DNA of 34,923 bases from Vezdaea acicularis (Eukaryota), in contig JAPEUI010000152.1 in the NCBI GenBank assembly GCA_026025075.1, positions 1 through 34,923 on the forward strand, given 5' to 3'. Position numbers and translations under genes: made by a program. Below the pieces are notes generated by a model that saw only the letters and a program-made list of their open reading frames with translations, was not told the origin of the DNA and ran no database searches. Shown here one piece after another: positions 33,234-34,923 of this stretch (the first letter of the stretch is position 1; each line of letters opens with the position of its first letter).

Positions 33234-34745
33234 CACCCTTGACATGCGGTTTTTCGTAAGCGAGTGCCTTTACGAATAGGTGGATGGTAGCCCTTCGACC
33301 GCCTATTCGTAAAGGCATGAGCCGTTAGCGAGCTATTAGCTACCGGCTTGCCTGCGCTTCAAGCGCTCGAAGCCTGGGGCAGCCGGCTTCACCCTGGGGT
33401 CGCTGGGGCGCTCCCGCAAGCACTTGAAGCGCTCAAAGCCCCGGGCAGCCGGCTTCGCTCCGGGCTCGCTGGGGCGCTACTTCAAGCGCTTAAAGCGCTC
33501 CAAGCCTAGGGCGGCCGGCTTTGCCCTGGGCTTGCTAGGGCGCTTCCGCGAGCGTTTGAAGCGCTTGAAGCGCTCAAATCGCCAGGCAGCTGGTTTTGCT
33601 CCAGGCTTGCTGGGGGTTCTGCTTTAAGCATTTAAAGCGCTTAAAGTCCAGAGCGGCCGGCTCTGCTCTGGGCTTACTAGAGCTCTATTTTAAGCACTTG
33701 AAGCGCTTAAGCCTGGGGCGGCTTGGCTCTGCTTTGGACTAGCTGGAGCGTTCCTACAAGCATTTTAAGTGCTTTAAATGCCTAAAATTTAATACATTCA
33801 TTTTTGTAATATGTTTATTAAATCAAAAATTTTAAATCTTTACGCAATTGCGGTTTTGCTTATACTTAATATTTTAATTGCTTCAACTATTCTAAAAATA
33901 TTAAATTAATTATGATACAATATGTATCAATATGAACTGCATAAAGTTTTAGGTGTCGCGGATAAAATAAATGAACGCATCTATTAAATCTAATTGATTC
34001 ATGTTTTAATTATTTTTTAAATATCAAATTGCAAGGAATTTTTCAAAAATGTTAGTATTAGTTATTTTCAAATATAAATTGTTTTATTGCTCCAAAAAAA
34101 TTCTTGATAAAATCGTACCAATGTTTTTCTATTAATTATTTTCATCAATATCTAACAAGATTTTAACTATTTTTATCAATTATTTTTACTTTTAATATTA
34201 GATTAATTAATTTAGGAATTAATAATATTAAAATACTAAAATATTCTATTCAATAATTAAAAATATTTTTTTAGCAGTGCAAAAGCTCAAAATCGGCAAT
34301 TTGAGCGTGAATAGCATTGCGCTTTAAGCGTTTCAAACGCTTGAAGCGCTCATAGGAGCGCTCTAGCAAACTCAATGAGAAGCCGGCTGCCTGGAGCTTG
34401 AAGCGCTTAAAGCACTTCAAGCACTCTTGAAAGCGCCCCAGCGAGCCCAGGGCACAGCCGACTGCTTTGGGCTTCAAGCGCTTGAAGCAGCGCTTGCTGC
34501 AGCACCCCAGCAAGCCCGGAGCAAAGCCGGCCGCCCCAGGCTTGGAGCGCTTCAAGCGCTTGTGGGAGCGCCCCAGCGAGCCCGGAGCGAAGCCAGCTGC
34601 CCCAGGCTTCAAGCGCTTGAAGCGCAGGCAGCTGGTAGCTAATAGCTCGCTAATGGTTCATGCCTTTACGAATAGGCGGTCGAAGGGCTACCATCCACCT
34701 ATTTCGTAAAGGCATTCGCTTACGAAAAACCGCATGCTAAGGGTG
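33234..34745. mobile_element. 1.5 kb foldback-type non-autonomous DNA element: ~500 bp inverted arms with subterminal tandem repeats around an AT-rich core
   Basis: Ends cacccttgacatgcggtttttcgtaagcga / tcgcttacgaaaaaccgcatgctaagggtg. Arms carry ~60 bp repeats (aagcgcttgaagcgctc..cccggggcagccggcttcgctccgggctcgctggggcgct). Core ~33790-34270 is extremely AT-rich. No ORF of recognisable function and no clear target-site duplication. Confidence 0.92.
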
Positions 34746-34923
34746 CTGCTAGATGAGGTTCATCACGTGATATTTGCGATTCCCATTGGGGATCGGATAA
34801 AACGCAGGCCGCATCAGTGCTCTTGCTACTCGTATTACATAATTGACACGAAGGGGATAACATTTGTCACAATTATCAATGGCAATGGTAAGATGCTCCC
34901 TGGCTCTGTCTTAACTCTATTCA

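Noticed and set aside
33424..34709. ORFs with KRLKRSKPGAAGFAPG repeats
   Set aside because: Translations of the foldback element's subterminal DNA repeats, mirrored on both arms; no evidence they are coding.
1..34923. Calling the window a Starship
   Set aside because: The cargo-like content is suggestive, but no DUF3435 tyrosine recombinase or element boundary is visible in the window.

Overview
Eukaryotic, filamentous-ascomycete-type DNA: spliceosomal introns of about 50 nt with GTAAGT/CTAAC/YAG signals. It reads as an accessory or mobile-cargo region, not core genome. From left to right it contains: a spliced NACHT-WD40 NLR of the NWD/HET-E type that runs off the left edge; a C2H2 zinc-finger gene; a decayed gene with SNF2-like motifs; a decayed host-like pair including a 5'-truncated MICOS Mic26/27 (ApoO) gene; an intact orphan gene; a ~475 bp MITE inside a gene relic; and an apparently intact ~1,150 aa JmjC (KDM4/Rph1-like) + Ulp1/C48 protease fusion. 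Further right are a divergently transcribed 813 aa PhyH-like 2OG-Fe(II) dioxygenase with an inverted, frameshifted partial paralog; an Argonaute 5' fragment; a frameshifted LaeA-like methyltransferase; two more orphan genes; and a 1.5 kb foldback element with a GC-to-AT decay gradient. Three perfect hairpins (32, 21 and 14 bp stems) lie just upstream of genes in the right half. The best candidate for an undescribed system is the hairpin-associated JmjC-Ulp1 / dioxygenase pair amid chromatin and silencing gene relics, a possible anti-silencing cargo module. No transposase or Starship captain was seen. All assignments come from motif reading by eye, with no database searches.
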